NCBI GenBank assembly: GCA_048013815.1
Contig: CM106585.1
Location: 21,266,001-21,330,000 of the forward strand
Reading direction: 5' to 3'
Source: Setoptus koraiensis
Lineage: Eukaryota > Animalia > Arthropoda
DNA length: 64,000 bases
Position 1 is the stretch's first letter, and the number at the start of each line of letters is the position of its first letter. Of the stretch, positions 11,972-24,298 are shown in pieces. Below the pieces are notes generated by a model. The model was not told where the DNA came from, searched no databases, and was given only the letters and a program-made list of their open reading frames with translations. The translations under genes were made by a program, and so were the position numbers.

Positions 11972-13289
11972 GTTTTGCCGCTACTGCTGCTCAGTAAGCT
12001 AATTGATGAATTCCGTCGCTGCCTCCGCGAATCAATAATGTATATATATGTGGGTGTGTTAGTGTAAATTGGCGATACGGCCAGTGATAGTGATAATAAA
12101 TATTTCGAAGCGACTGTATCCGCGATAATATGTGACACACAATCGTGTCGTGCAATGCAAGATCCTGACGAGGGTCGCTTGTCGGTGTGTCTGGTGTGGT
12201 GTCGTGTCAATCCCGTTGTGCTTATAACATGACTAGCTAATTGCGAACACTCGGTCGACCGGAGCAGCCATTTAACTTGCCTGTCTGATTGTTGCTGTTG
12301 TTGCTGTTGTTGGTGGTGGCGGCGACGATAATTTTATTATTTTTATAAATTTTATCATGATTGACGACACGAAATAAATAACTGATTGACGAACAATAAT
12401 TGCCTTTTGTTGCGTATCGCAATACTCATGTTGTGATCACTCGGTGGCGGCAACGCGACGAATGTTCGATTGGGCTCAAATAAGCTTATCAGTGTCTTTG
12501 TGTGGATAGATCTATAATCTATAATAAGAGACGAAAAAATTCGACAAAAACTCAACTCGTTTGAGTCACTTTTGCGAGTGTGAGCTTGTGAGTTGGCCGC
12601 ACCACGGGCTCAATTGATTGTTGAATTTGTTCGACAATTGCGAACAAATAATTATTACACTGCGCTGTGTGTGTGTGCGAGCGAGTGCGTGTGCGCTCGC
12701 TTGATTCGGGCGACAATTGCCTTTGACGACAAGCACGATGACAGACGATAAGGCGACTCTATGCTACAGAGTCTATAGTGCACAAGTTGTTGTTGTTGTT
12801 CTTATTATTTTATTTCTGAAATATCTTTCGTTTCATTTTCTAGCAATCGAATTTTTAGCAGTGTGTGTGTGTGTGTTTATGACTGACTGACTCAGCACTG
12901 GTAAAGCGAGTGTGCGTGCGCTAATGATCTTGATGCAACTCGGATCTGCGCGGCGGCGGCGGCGGCGGCGAACAAATAAATTATTGGGAGGCACAAATGC
13001 ACGCACATGCAAATAGGATGCTTGATGATGATGATAAAGATGGCGAATGTGCTGCTGCTGCTGCTGTTAACAAGATGACAACTATTTCGACGATATGACG
13101 ACAAGCACAGTGGCAATAGCAGTGGCGGCGGCGGTAGCAGCGCTAGTTGCAGATGGAGGCACACGGACACATGTGAACAGTAGGACGAATCGAATGAAAA
13201 TGATGATTTGATGACGACAACATCTAGCAGCGTGAGCCAGTCAAGCAACCACTGCCACTCGCCAACGTTTGCGAATCAAATCGAATCGA

Positions 13290-13410
13290 ACCAACCAACA
13301 CACACAACTGAAAATTGTATTGAACAGAATCGAACAAACAACAGCCACCACCAGTTTGACACGCACAAAAGTTGACGCGCATGCGCCACGCTCTCTCTCT
13401 TGAGGGCAGT
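13290..13410 (-). promoter_or_regulatory. Candidate tsh core promoter region
   Basis: Minus-strand Inr-like TCAGTT at ~13306-13311, with upstream GCGCATGCGC (NRF1/Ewg-like, ~13377-13386) and a (GA)n tract (~13391-13400). No DPE at +28, so weak. Confidence 0.2.
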
Positions 13411-13870
13411 GTGGCTCAACGCGCTGAGTCGCAATCTTGAGCGCTTGAGTCCATCTCTGGGCCGGCTGAGCCGACGCTTCTTGATTGTTGTCGCGCGTTG
13501 CATGGCGCGCTCATCATCATATATCCACATGTGGATGATGATTATGGGGCCGGCACACACACACACACACACACACTCTGTGAGTGAACACTGTTAGTCA
13601 CCTTGACTGGTTAAATAGATACGCGGGGCAGGGTGCGCGCCGTCGCTCGCTATTGCGTGGCTAGCTGCCTCGGGCGAGTGGCGCCCTCTCATGTCGCGAG
13701 CGCCAGTTACAGCAGCAAGAGTCTTGGCGTGCATAATCACATCATACTGTGATGATCACAGTCATAGGCGAGCTACCTATGCGTACCTATATTGCGCTGT
13801 TGTTTGCGCCAACAACAATCATTATCTAACAAACGCGTGACGCCTGACACGTCCCATTGGCATATCCTGT

Positions 13871-14010
13871 CGCACTATATCAGGCCACACCGAGCTATAC
13901 CGAATTGTACCGAGTTGTACCGAGTTATACCGAGTAATACCGGGTTATATCGGGTTATATCGGGTCGTATCGGGCCGTGTCAGGCCCTGTCAAGCTATAT
14001 CGAGCTTGGC
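13871..14010. repeat. Degenerate 10-bp tandem array, ~14 units (CGAGTTATAC-like)
   Basis: Units cgagctatac, cgaattgtac, cgagttgtac, cgagttatac, cgagtaatac, cgggttatat x2, cgggtcgtat, cgggccgtgt, caggccctgt and others, all in register. Confidence 0.85.
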
Positions 14011-15575
14011 AGCCAATCAAGAGCCGAGCTAATCTCTGTGCAGGGCGGGCCGCTGTTGTTGTTGTCGTTATTATTATTAGTATTATTATCATCGTTATTG
14101 TTTTCAGTGCAAGTCATGCTTTCTTATTATGTGCATCACTGATTTTGTCTACCTCATTGACCTGGCCCCGTTCTCTGGCTGGCCGCGGCTCGCAGACTCT
14201 CCAAGGGGCCAGTTGAGGCTGGCTGCACGGCTCAGTGTCGCAGCGAGTCAGTGTCGGCCTCATTTGGTTGGCCCGCGCTGATAAGATTGTGATTGAGTGT
14301 GTCAGAGTGAGTGTGCTCCAGTTTGTTTATTTAGTTTATCCAAACACCAATGACAATCGTTATCTAATTATTCGTCAGTTTACACTCGTGTGCTCCCCGC
14401 TCTAGATTACTCTCATGTGTGTGTGTGTGTGTTAGGATTTACTAATTTTATCTAATTTTTTCCACTGGCCCCAACTCTCTTGCCCTTTGGTTATGCTTCA
14501 AATCATATCTTGATCAAGTGCGCCCCTTTTTTGCCCTCTATCTCTGTTGTTGGGGCGCATGTTTGTGCTGGTCGTGTTTGCGCCCGACCGGCATGCTGGT
14601 AGTGGCTGGTTTGTTTATAGTCACATGACTAAAGAGAGTGGCTCGCTAAACTGGAGCGAAGATTGTTTAATTTTGATTAGGTTATTGTGTTTGATTAGAC
14701 GTCCGATTCGAAGCGTCTGATAGTCTTGTCTGCTGTTGTTTTTGTTTGTTTGTCGCTCCACGGCGCCTCCACACCGGCGCACTGGGCGCAAGCAATAGAC
14801 ATTTGCCAGTGGATTGCCAGCGATTGCCAGCCACTGCCAGCCACTGCCAGCCACTGCCAGCGGAGAAACATTAATCTAATGCAACGGTGCGCCACTGTTG
14901 GTTTTAACTGGTTAAATAAGTAAATTTGCCGCCGACTAAGTGGAGCAGAGTCGCCCACAAACAACCGTGCGATACTTGTCACGAACGTTGGACGTTTGCG
15001 TTCGCATGTGCCGTTACATCACCATAATAGCGTCAAGCGATCCATCCCGAGATGCGCGTAACCTGCGCCAACCGGCCGACCGGCCGGCCAGCCAGCAAGC
15101 TAATAACGGCAAGTGGGCCAATATTGGCCGCTGTGACACGGGCAGGCGGACACTGGCATTGATTAGGCAGCCGCTGGCGGCTAGCGCTGCCAGCCAATCT
15201 AGTCAAGGTTGAGCCAAAGCAGATGAATGTGACTGTATTGTCATTTTCTGCTGCTCTACCTCCATCTCTGGCTCACACTGGCGCAATATCGCGCCGCCGG
15301 AGTATCGCGCCGCCGGAGTATCGCGCCGTCAGAGTATCGCGCCGCTGGAATGGGAGCAGGCAACTGTGCTCGCGCAAACAACGAGCTCGAGTATCTCCTT
15401 CCAATTTGGCTCCCCATCAACTCTTACGGCTCCCCATAGAGCTGACGGAGTGTGACGACAAGTGTCGTTGTAATGATCTCAATCAAATCCATCTGCCTCT
15501 CACACTTTCGGCCCGTGCACACACACACACGCACACGTTGCATACACATTGGCCAGAAGTTACATAAGTGCTGCG

Positions 15576-15615
<40 letters not shown>

Positions 15616-17674
15616 GTGTAGGTGTGTGTCAGTTGTCAGTTGCACTCGCTGCTGGCTAAGCCGCCAGCAGCGCCGATCGCCTCTGTAACCAGTCCGACAA
15701 CACAATCAGCTCGCTGGCAAATACTCTGCGCCTTGCCAGCCAGCTCGCCAGCCTTGCCAGTGGCTCGCTGGCTCGATGTGCCAGTTTGGCCACTAGGGGC
15801 GCCGGGCCAGCACTTTATAGACACATGGCCTAATTAACTTGACCACCGTCACCCGATCTAGCGCGAGCCGCAAGCGGGCCCGGCCAGCCTGTGGCCCGTC
15901 ATCACCTGAGCGAATTGGCAGCCATTGTTGTGTGCAATCACATCATTTGAGCCGAGCCAAATTGCGGCCACACAAGTCACAGCTAGGGTGCTGGTGTCAG
16001 CCTTGGGTAAGCCAGCGAAATTTGATTGCTATTGAGTTGTTGTTGTTGCTGCCACAGTGGCTTGTGGCGGCACCAGAGGCACTTACTGCAGATTTGATGC
16101 TAATTATTGGAGACGCTTCTAAACCAGTTGAGGCCGACAGGCGGCCCCGGGTAGATTACCATCGAATTAGCTCGTCCCGTATCCAGCGCACAAGCCCAAA
16201 TACCCGGCCGACAAACAGCTCGCGAACCGGCTCAATTGGCTGAACCGGCTGAAACAACAAAACTGGCTGCACAAACAGCAGTTTGCTCCGCATTAACTCA
16301 CCGCCGCGATCATCAATTTCCATCAATGTCCGACCAGAGATCAGCGATTGTGTGTCAAGCGACAGTGCGGCACTAGTTGTGCATCGGCACACACACACAC
16401 ACACATGTTAAATGCGCAACCAACGACGACAACAACACTGACAACGACAGCGACAGCAACAACGACAGCGACAACAACAACAACAAAAGACATTTAAGAA
16501 TAGTAATGATTTGGCCGGCAGCAAACATTGAAATTTGTCAGCGATCGAGACATGTTTTCAGCGTCACCAAATAACTGTTGTCATCTTTTTGCTAGAGATG
16601 GATCAGTGGCGCTGGCGCTGCTGCTGCGTATCATAAATTGTAAATATTGTTGTCTGACAATGTTGTCAGAGACGCTATCAGACGGCTCTAGATCGCTGTG
16701 TGTGTGTCTAATCTTTGCTCGCCCCAAAGATTAGACACAAGTATCAATGGTCTAATGGCACTAATGGTCTTGTGAGTGTTACACACTGTCACACAAAGAC
16801 AAAATGGGAGATAAAAACAAATAGGGACCTAATGGTTGCAACAATGACGACAACAACAACAACAGCAACATCGGCAATGGGCTCAGATTCATCATCGCTA
16901 ATGATCGATGATTGCGTCGATATCATTAGTTTTTGGCGCCCAACAACTGTCTGTGCAATTGTCTGCACTTTGTGCCCAAATTGAGACAAACACACACAAT
17001 TTTAGCTCAAGTCCAATAACACAAACCTTTTCTCGTTTGTCTCGCTTGTCACTTTGCGATCTTGAGCTATCCGCCGGCGCGCTGCTGCGGCAGCCCGGCG
17101 TCGACGGTGTCATCGCCAAGGCCCGTCGCCGATCGCTTATCTCGCCGCGCCGTGTCGTGTTGCGACAATTGCGACAAAATGGCGACAAATGTTAATTGCG
17201 ACCATTGTTGGCATGCAGCTGAGCGAATTGTTTTGTCGCCCGTGTCCCGCGTCTATGTTTTACAAATGTCAATGTTCACCAACAATTGCCCATTTGCCAA
17301 TTTGCCGATTGGGCGCCTCGGCAAGCCCAACGGTTCGCCAACAGCCAACAAACGAGCTTGCCAATTTGTGTCACAATTTTGTGAGTCACAAATTGTGACA
17401 CAGCGCGCGGGCGCACTTATCGGTCGATAGGTGGCCAGCTCTAATTATGATTCATTGTTATGGTTGTGACGCATCGCACTGCAATGATTGCTGCAATGAT
17501 GTGCGGCCAGCTTGCACACTGTGCACACTGTGGTTGCTGCGGCGAGTGCCGTTCGGCCGACTGCAATAGGCGCGCCGGGGCGCCATCTCGCGCCCAAGTC
17601 CGCAACCGGGCCCAGTCAACAGGCTTGATTAACATAAAATTGTCGTTGTTGAGTTAATTGCCCATGAGTCATGA

Positions 17675-17690
17675 GTTGTTGTTGTTGGCA

Positions 17691-17774
<84 letters not shown>

Positions 17775-17803
17775 TTGTTGTTGTTGTTGCTGTTGTTGTT
17801 GTT
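17675..17803. repeat. Compound (CTGTTG)n / (GTT)n microsatellite
   Basis: Read directly. It produces the spurious poly-Leu and poly-Cys ORFs in the track. Confidence 0.95.
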
Positions 17804-18475
17804 GGTTTCCACGACCCGAGTGGTTGTTTGGCGCATCATGTTGCCATGGTTACCCGATAATAATTTGACGGCGGCAATGAATTAGCATCAAAGAAACGGG
17901 CTGCCTCCACCCGGGTTTGCACCGGCCGCCATCGGCTTCTATCCGCTTGCGCCGGCTTCGATCCGCTTGCGCCGGCCTGCGTCGGTCGGAGCGGCTCGGG
18001 CTGTTCGGGCGCTCGGACTGGGCAACATTGGCAGCCAGAGCGGCCAAAAGAATGAATTATAGACACGACTCCGGCCGAACAAGTGAGTGGCCAAGATGAA
18101 TTATATCGCTGCCGCTGGTTGGGCTATTTGTATCAAGAGAGGGAGCGCGTTTGATCAACTACTTTGCAAATCATCATCATTTGCTGGCCAGTCATTGGCT
18201 GGTCGCATCGGCTCGCTGGCCAGATAATGGGCACGGGAGATTGATTGTTTGCCGAGTGCGCACAACTGCGCCGGCTAGAGGCGCAAGTGTTAATTTTTAA
18301 TTATAGGATACAATTGATTTATTATCATTATCGTCCGTATGCATGCACTCACTATGTAGCCATTCCCAGAAGAGGGGTCTTGCTGCCACTGGAACGGGCA
18401 CATCCGAGCGGGCGCTGGCCGGCCGACGAGAGCTTGCCTACTGCCAGTTAATTGTTCAACTACGGCCACGGTTGT

Positions 18476-19020
18476 GTCTTGTTGCAGCTTGTTGTTGCAG
18501 TTGTTGCTGTTGCTGTTGCTGTTGTTGCTGTTGTTGCTGTTGTTGCTGTTGTTGCAGTTGCTGTTGCTGCTGTTGCAGCTTGTTGTTGCACTCACGGCGG
18601 CCGTTCTCCACAACAGTCGCTACGGCAGTCGCTGCAACAGCCGCCACCAGTCGCGCCGACCGGTCGGCCGGCCATTTATCCGGCCAGCGCCGCCTGTCAG
18701 GCGGCCAGCGGGCCGGCAACAGGCAACAGAGTTCAAGCAGGTATATAAAACAATAATAAAACATCAAGTATTGCCAGTCATCTCGTCTAACTCATCTCGT
18801 CGCAACTCGCTGATCCAATTCATTATGATATTATTGGCTGGCAACCGTGCTCTCTCACGACCTTGCTGCGGCGCATCATTTGCATCATGCCAGCGTCATG
18901 CCTCGGACGCAACGACGCCGGCAACAACGACGGCAACAACGACAGCAACAGCAACAACGACAGCAGCAACAACGACAGCAGCAACAACGACAGCAGCAAC
19001 AACAACAACAGCAACAACGT
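18476..19020. repeat. Two compound trinucleotide tracts: GTT/GCT-rich (~18476-18590) and CAA/CAG/CGA-rich (~18905-19020)
   Basis: Read directly. They are the source of the poly-Q, poly-C, poly-L and poly-T ORFs. Confidence 0.9.
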
Positions 19021-20154
19021 TTCGCGCCGAACATGATTAGCATGTTGGGCTTGCACTTTGCACACTTTTTACAATTACGCCTATTGCTATTATTGGCCAT
19101 GGGCTGGCCGGCAACAACAACGACGCCAACAGATGAGCCCATTCGATAATAGTGCCATCGAGAGCCAATCAAACGAGTGGCGCGCTGATCCAACGAGCAC
19201 AACTAATGGTCAAGAGTCAATCATGATTAATAACCAACAACAAATCATTACCGGCTCCGACGGACACCCCGTCACAGAGTGCGTGCGTTGTCTCAACTTG
19301 AGTCAGTGGCTCGCCTCGGCCGCTGTCGGCCACTCTGCCGTCCTCAATGGCCGCTGGCTGGCCTGGTCAGCGCCACGTTCTCTCGTATCGCTCGCAGTCG
19401 ATCGAGCGCATTCCCAAACAGCGATCCTGTGATGTCTTGTTGCGAGATATCGCAAGCTATCGCGAGACACGGCGAGCCACGGCGAGACATGGCGAGACGT
19501 CGCGAGATGTGAGTGCCAATATCGAGTCGAGCCGATCAAAACCAAAACGATTGGCGACTCGCTCGGGGGCGGCAGCTCGACACGGACAGTAGCGACGCTC
19601 GAACGGTTGACCACACGACGAGCACAAAACAGACAGGTGACCTGTCAGACCTGACAGACCTGACAGACCTGACAGAGAAGTGCGACAAGAATCGTCGAAA
19701 TATCCAGCGCTTATAGGTCTCTCTTGGTGTGGCTCGGTCACATCCGCGTCATATAGTGCACACATGCCGCGAGAGATTGACCGAGTTGATTGACGGGTGC
19801 GCACATCTCTCGATATAGGGGCCGCAGGTTGCTCGTTATAGGAGCTTGTTGCTCACGACGCCGCCCGATCAATCATCCGGAGTGTGTGTGTGTGTGTCCG
19901 GTCAGCGACGAGACAGCGTCAATCACAGCCCGTCTCATGGCGGGCGTGAGCAAGCAATCAATTGAATGGCCAGTGTGAGCGGCAGGTAGTCGTTGTGTGC
20001 TCGTCAAATTAACACCGCCGATTAGTTTGTGACGGGCGCATTTCTGACGAGCGCATCTCTGACGAGCGCATTTCTCGACAAACTCATTTCTCGACAAACT
20101 CGAACGAGTTTTTCTCTAGTTTGTCGGCGCGCACCCACGAGCCTTCAATCAAAA

Positions 20155-20234
20155 CTCGCCAATCACAAGTCGCCAATCGTTACTCGCCAATCGCAACTCG
20201 CCAATCGCAACTCGCCAATCGCAACTCGCCAGTC
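20155..20234. repeat. 14-bp tandem array (CTCGCCAATCGCAA) x~5.7
   Basis: Three perfect units plus diverged flanking units. Confidence 0.9.
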
Positions 20235-23200
20235 GGAGCTGGCCAATCAAAGCCCAAAACACCTGTTGTTGAGCGTGGTTGGAGCGGGCGGCGCATCATG
20301 ACATAAAATTGTATCTATTGTGGCATCAATTGAATCAATTGCGCAATTCATTCACAAGCGAGCCGATAACGCGATCAGCTGTTGGCCGCTTATTGGTGGG
20401 CAATCGTGACTCAGGTGAGACTGGCATGGTGAGCGGCAACAACAACAACAACAACAACAACGGCAACATTTCATAATGTTGCTGCCATTAAGCAATGTAG
20501 CAAATTAAGTGTTGGCCGGCTCGAGGCTCGAGATACCAACAACAGCAACAACATGCAGCATAACCTCAATAAATCACCTGTTGCTTTTTTCACACAATCA
20601 TAGTTCATTTGTAATGTTGTTTTGTGTGCATTTGTAGTATATTTAATAATGCTCTAGTTGGCCGACGAGCTCGGCGCAATGAGGGCGATATCGCAGCCAT
20701 TGTGATGCTGACCCTTGCACCGTCGGCCACTGACAATCGGCCAGCCGGGCCAACGGGAATGAGCTTGAGCGGGGGCCCGTCGACAATCGTGAGAGTTGAT
20801 CTCTCTCTCTCTCATACTGCACTACATTGCGTAATACATTGCGTAATACATTGCGTAATACATTGCTCGAGTGCATAGGCTGGAGGATGTGCCATGCACC
20901 ATTTGAGTGCTCAAATCATACATGCGCAATCGGAATGTCAGATGGACAAGATCAACAATTGCAACAACAACAACAACAAGCTTGATTATTCGCATTGATT
21001 GTAATTATTGCCCGCTCGAATTTGTTTGCATAATAATTGCGGCCAACGAGAGCCGAGTCTCTATGGCCGAGTCACGATGCCTTCGATCGGCCCGTAGCAT
21101 ATCGGCCGGCGCTCTAAATGGCGGCCTGTGTGAGGGCCGGCGGTTGGTCAGGTGCCAAAGTGCCAGCTGAACAGAGTCTTTGGGAAATTATTGGACCACT
21201 TGAACAAGCCAAAAAGAGGAACGCAAGCAAATAAATCAAACTCTCTCTCTCTAAATAAAGTGAGTGCCTCAGTGAGTTGCGTCTGAGTGAGAGAGCCAGC
21301 ACGATCTGCGCTCATAATGCATGTAAGGCATGGACAAGAGCCACAAAGATGGACAACAACAACAACATTATGTTTTGTCCATTCATGCCCATGATGATGA
21401 TGGCCGGGCACAACAAAAACGATGATGATCTACACTCTGCAAACGCACTCTCCGACACACACACACACAAACAGGTAAGTGAGGCATGATCAACTGTTAG
21501 TTTTTTAATTAATCATTAATTGCCTGCAATAGCCAAACACTGACCACTGGCCATGGACGCGTCACTTGCGCAACAGCGACGCGAACAACAACAAGAGCGT
21601 TGCTGCTGCTGCCGTCGTTGTTGCTGTCGTTGTTTCTGTTGTTGCTGCTGCTGCTGCGTCGCTATTCCGTCATGTCCGTGTGTTGCCTGTATATCATCAC
21701 CTGTGCACACCGGCATATAATGACTTGACTTATAACGCAACAACTGGCAACAAGCGGCTCAAGTTCATTCATTGGGCACAGGTGCACTCAATTGGGCAGC
21801 TTGTTGCGCAATGTTACGCCGTCCACTTGTCCAGTGCTCATAACAGTGTGTACGAAGTGTGCGACCAGCTGATTGCCTCTCAACTGATACTGTATGAACT
21901 GATACGTTTACCAACTGATGTTACATGAACTGATGTTATATATTCTCTGCTCATATGCTCATATGCTCATATGCTGATATCGGCTCGCATGTAAATGGAC
22001 GCAAACGCTCCATCTTAACGATTAGTTTATTAGGGGCATTATTCATGTTGGCGATCTTGGCCAACCGCGCCGCCCGTCACACACAAATCATATTAACAGT
22101 CTGATTGATGGCCTATAAACAAACACACACACACGGTTGCTATTTGGCTGCTATTTGGCTATTTGGCTATTTGGCCATTTGGCCATTTGGCTGCGTTATT
22201 GCGTAACTGGCCCAACTGGGTGGTCAGCTGAGCGGCAACACGAACGGCCGTCTCATTGAATAGACGTGCATCTTGGCGCGATGGCTCGTTGTCTATTGGC
22301 GGCCTGGCTCGTCGTCCGTTGGCGGCCTGGCTCGTCGTCCGTTGGCGGCCTGCCAGACGCGGCCCAACAGGCCCTAAAAGGACCTGCCGTCTGGCTTTCA
22401 ATCAGTGCAGATCAAATAGCAACGGATCAGCTGAGATTATATTCCAAGAGATAGATTGGCCTTGAGTGGACCAATGGCCGCAGCTTTAAATCACTCAATC
22501 ACACAATGCGAGCCAGCTCTACTTTAAAGCGCAACTTGTGTGTGTGTGTTACATAAGTCTTTACAACAAACGCCCTGACTTGATCCTGATTGACACCGTA
22601 TGACTGGCCAATTGACTGGCTCACCTGAGTGCGCACTTAAATATCCGAATATCTGAATATCGTCCAATGGCCACTCGAAGTGCTCGAGGCGACGCGATAT
22701 TTATGTCTCGCCTAGTGCGGCTATTTAAAGCTATTTACAACAAACATGGCATGTAAGCATGCTTGTTTGCTGCCAACTAACAAGCTGCGATCGGATCGGA
22801 TCGGATCGAATCGGATCAAATCGCGTCTAATCACGTCGGCTGCAATCAGTGAGTTAGTCAAATACAATAATGTTGTTGTGCGGCAGCAATTATTGTGTTG
22901 TGCCATTTATAAAAATATAAATATGCGAGGCGCAAGGCGAGCAAATTGTTTAGCTCGGATGGGACCAAATGTATGGGCATTGACAATTGATTAATTGATC
23001 ACAGCGAGCCTCTATTAATCATTGACAGTCACGACTGCGCGTTTATTATAATGGCGGCGATTGTTAGCACAACAAGTTGAGCCAACTTACAATTGTTAAT
23101 GCCAACGAGAAAGATCAATTCTTTTCGGGCAGCCTCTGCCCATTGCAATTGTTAGCTGATATTGGCGGTAATTGGCAGCAACAGCAACAGCAGCAGCACC

Positions 23201-24222
23201 CCTTCTCGGCGTGTTTCTGTTTGTTGGGGTTTGTTTCTGTTGAGTGGCCGACTGAACAAAACAAGCGACACTGACTCTAATTCCAACACTGACGCAACCT
23301 TGAACCTGATAGATCAGATACACCTGACTCGCGCGCACTCTGACCTTACGCTTATCGGAATATTATATTATTATAGTGGCTCTATAATGATTGTTGGTCG
23401 TAGCGAAAAGTTGTTGATAGTGCAACAGCAACAGCGGCAACAACGGCAACAGCAACAGCGGCAACAACGGCAAAAGCAACAACAACAGACGCACAATAGA
23501 GAGACAAAAGTTAATTAGCGAGCGTGTACCATCATTGTTGCGCAAGCACTTGTTGATTTGTAATTGTCTAATGGGCACTAATTTCGCTCAAATGCATACT
23601 CGCTATCGACTGGCTAATTAAGCTCACATATCACAATTACATCATCTGTGTGCCTGTGCAGTGCGCACAACAGCGCCAGCCAGTATTAAACTCGATCACT
23701 GACCGATCCAGCAAAATTATGATAAATGATCGGATGGGAAAAGTTTTATAATGGTCGTGTCTCACACTGGCCAGTCGTAGTGGCCGACACTGGCCAGTGT
23801 CCGCCGCTCATAGTGGCCAGCGCCGCTCATAGTGGCCAGTGATATCGGCGATAATAGTGATGATAATGCGAAACAAAACGACCAGATCGCCTGTCGTCGT
23901 CGTCGTCGTGATTTGTTCGCGTAATCGCGCCATAATTGTAGCAGATTTTATTTTACATGTCGGGCTCAATTATATCAGACATAACATATCTGGCCGCCGA
24001 TCGATGATGCGCGCCACTATCAGCGGCCGCGATATCGACCGATCCGCTGCCAATATCCGCGCGATGCCACGCCGGTACCACGGCGCGACGATCGAGCTGG
24101 CGGAGCCCACGGACGGTCACTGATATGATGCGAGCGTGAGTGTAGTGGATATAGTGAACGGCCGATATAGTGTCCTCCGGTGCAAACAAAGGCTCCGCCC
24201 GCGGGCGCCACGCTCCGCCCTC

Positions 24223-24298
24223 GATGCTGGCGATGCTCGCGATGCTCGCGATGCTCGCGATGCTCGCGATGCTCGGGATGCTCGGGATGCTCGGGATG
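24223..24298. repeat. 9-bp tandem array (GATGCTCG[C/G]) x~8.5
   Basis: Read directly. C-type units are followed by G-type units. Confidence 0.9.

Noticed and set aside
12888-12897. TGACTCAGCA ARE/MARE-type site upstream of tsh
   Set aside because: It is a single 10-mer next to a GACT repeat and cannot be distinguished from chance.
17658-19202. Poly-Leu, poly-Cys, poly-Gln and poly-Thr ORFs that look like membrane or metal-binding proteins
   Set aside because: They are translations of GTT/GCT/CAA microsatellites in several frames.
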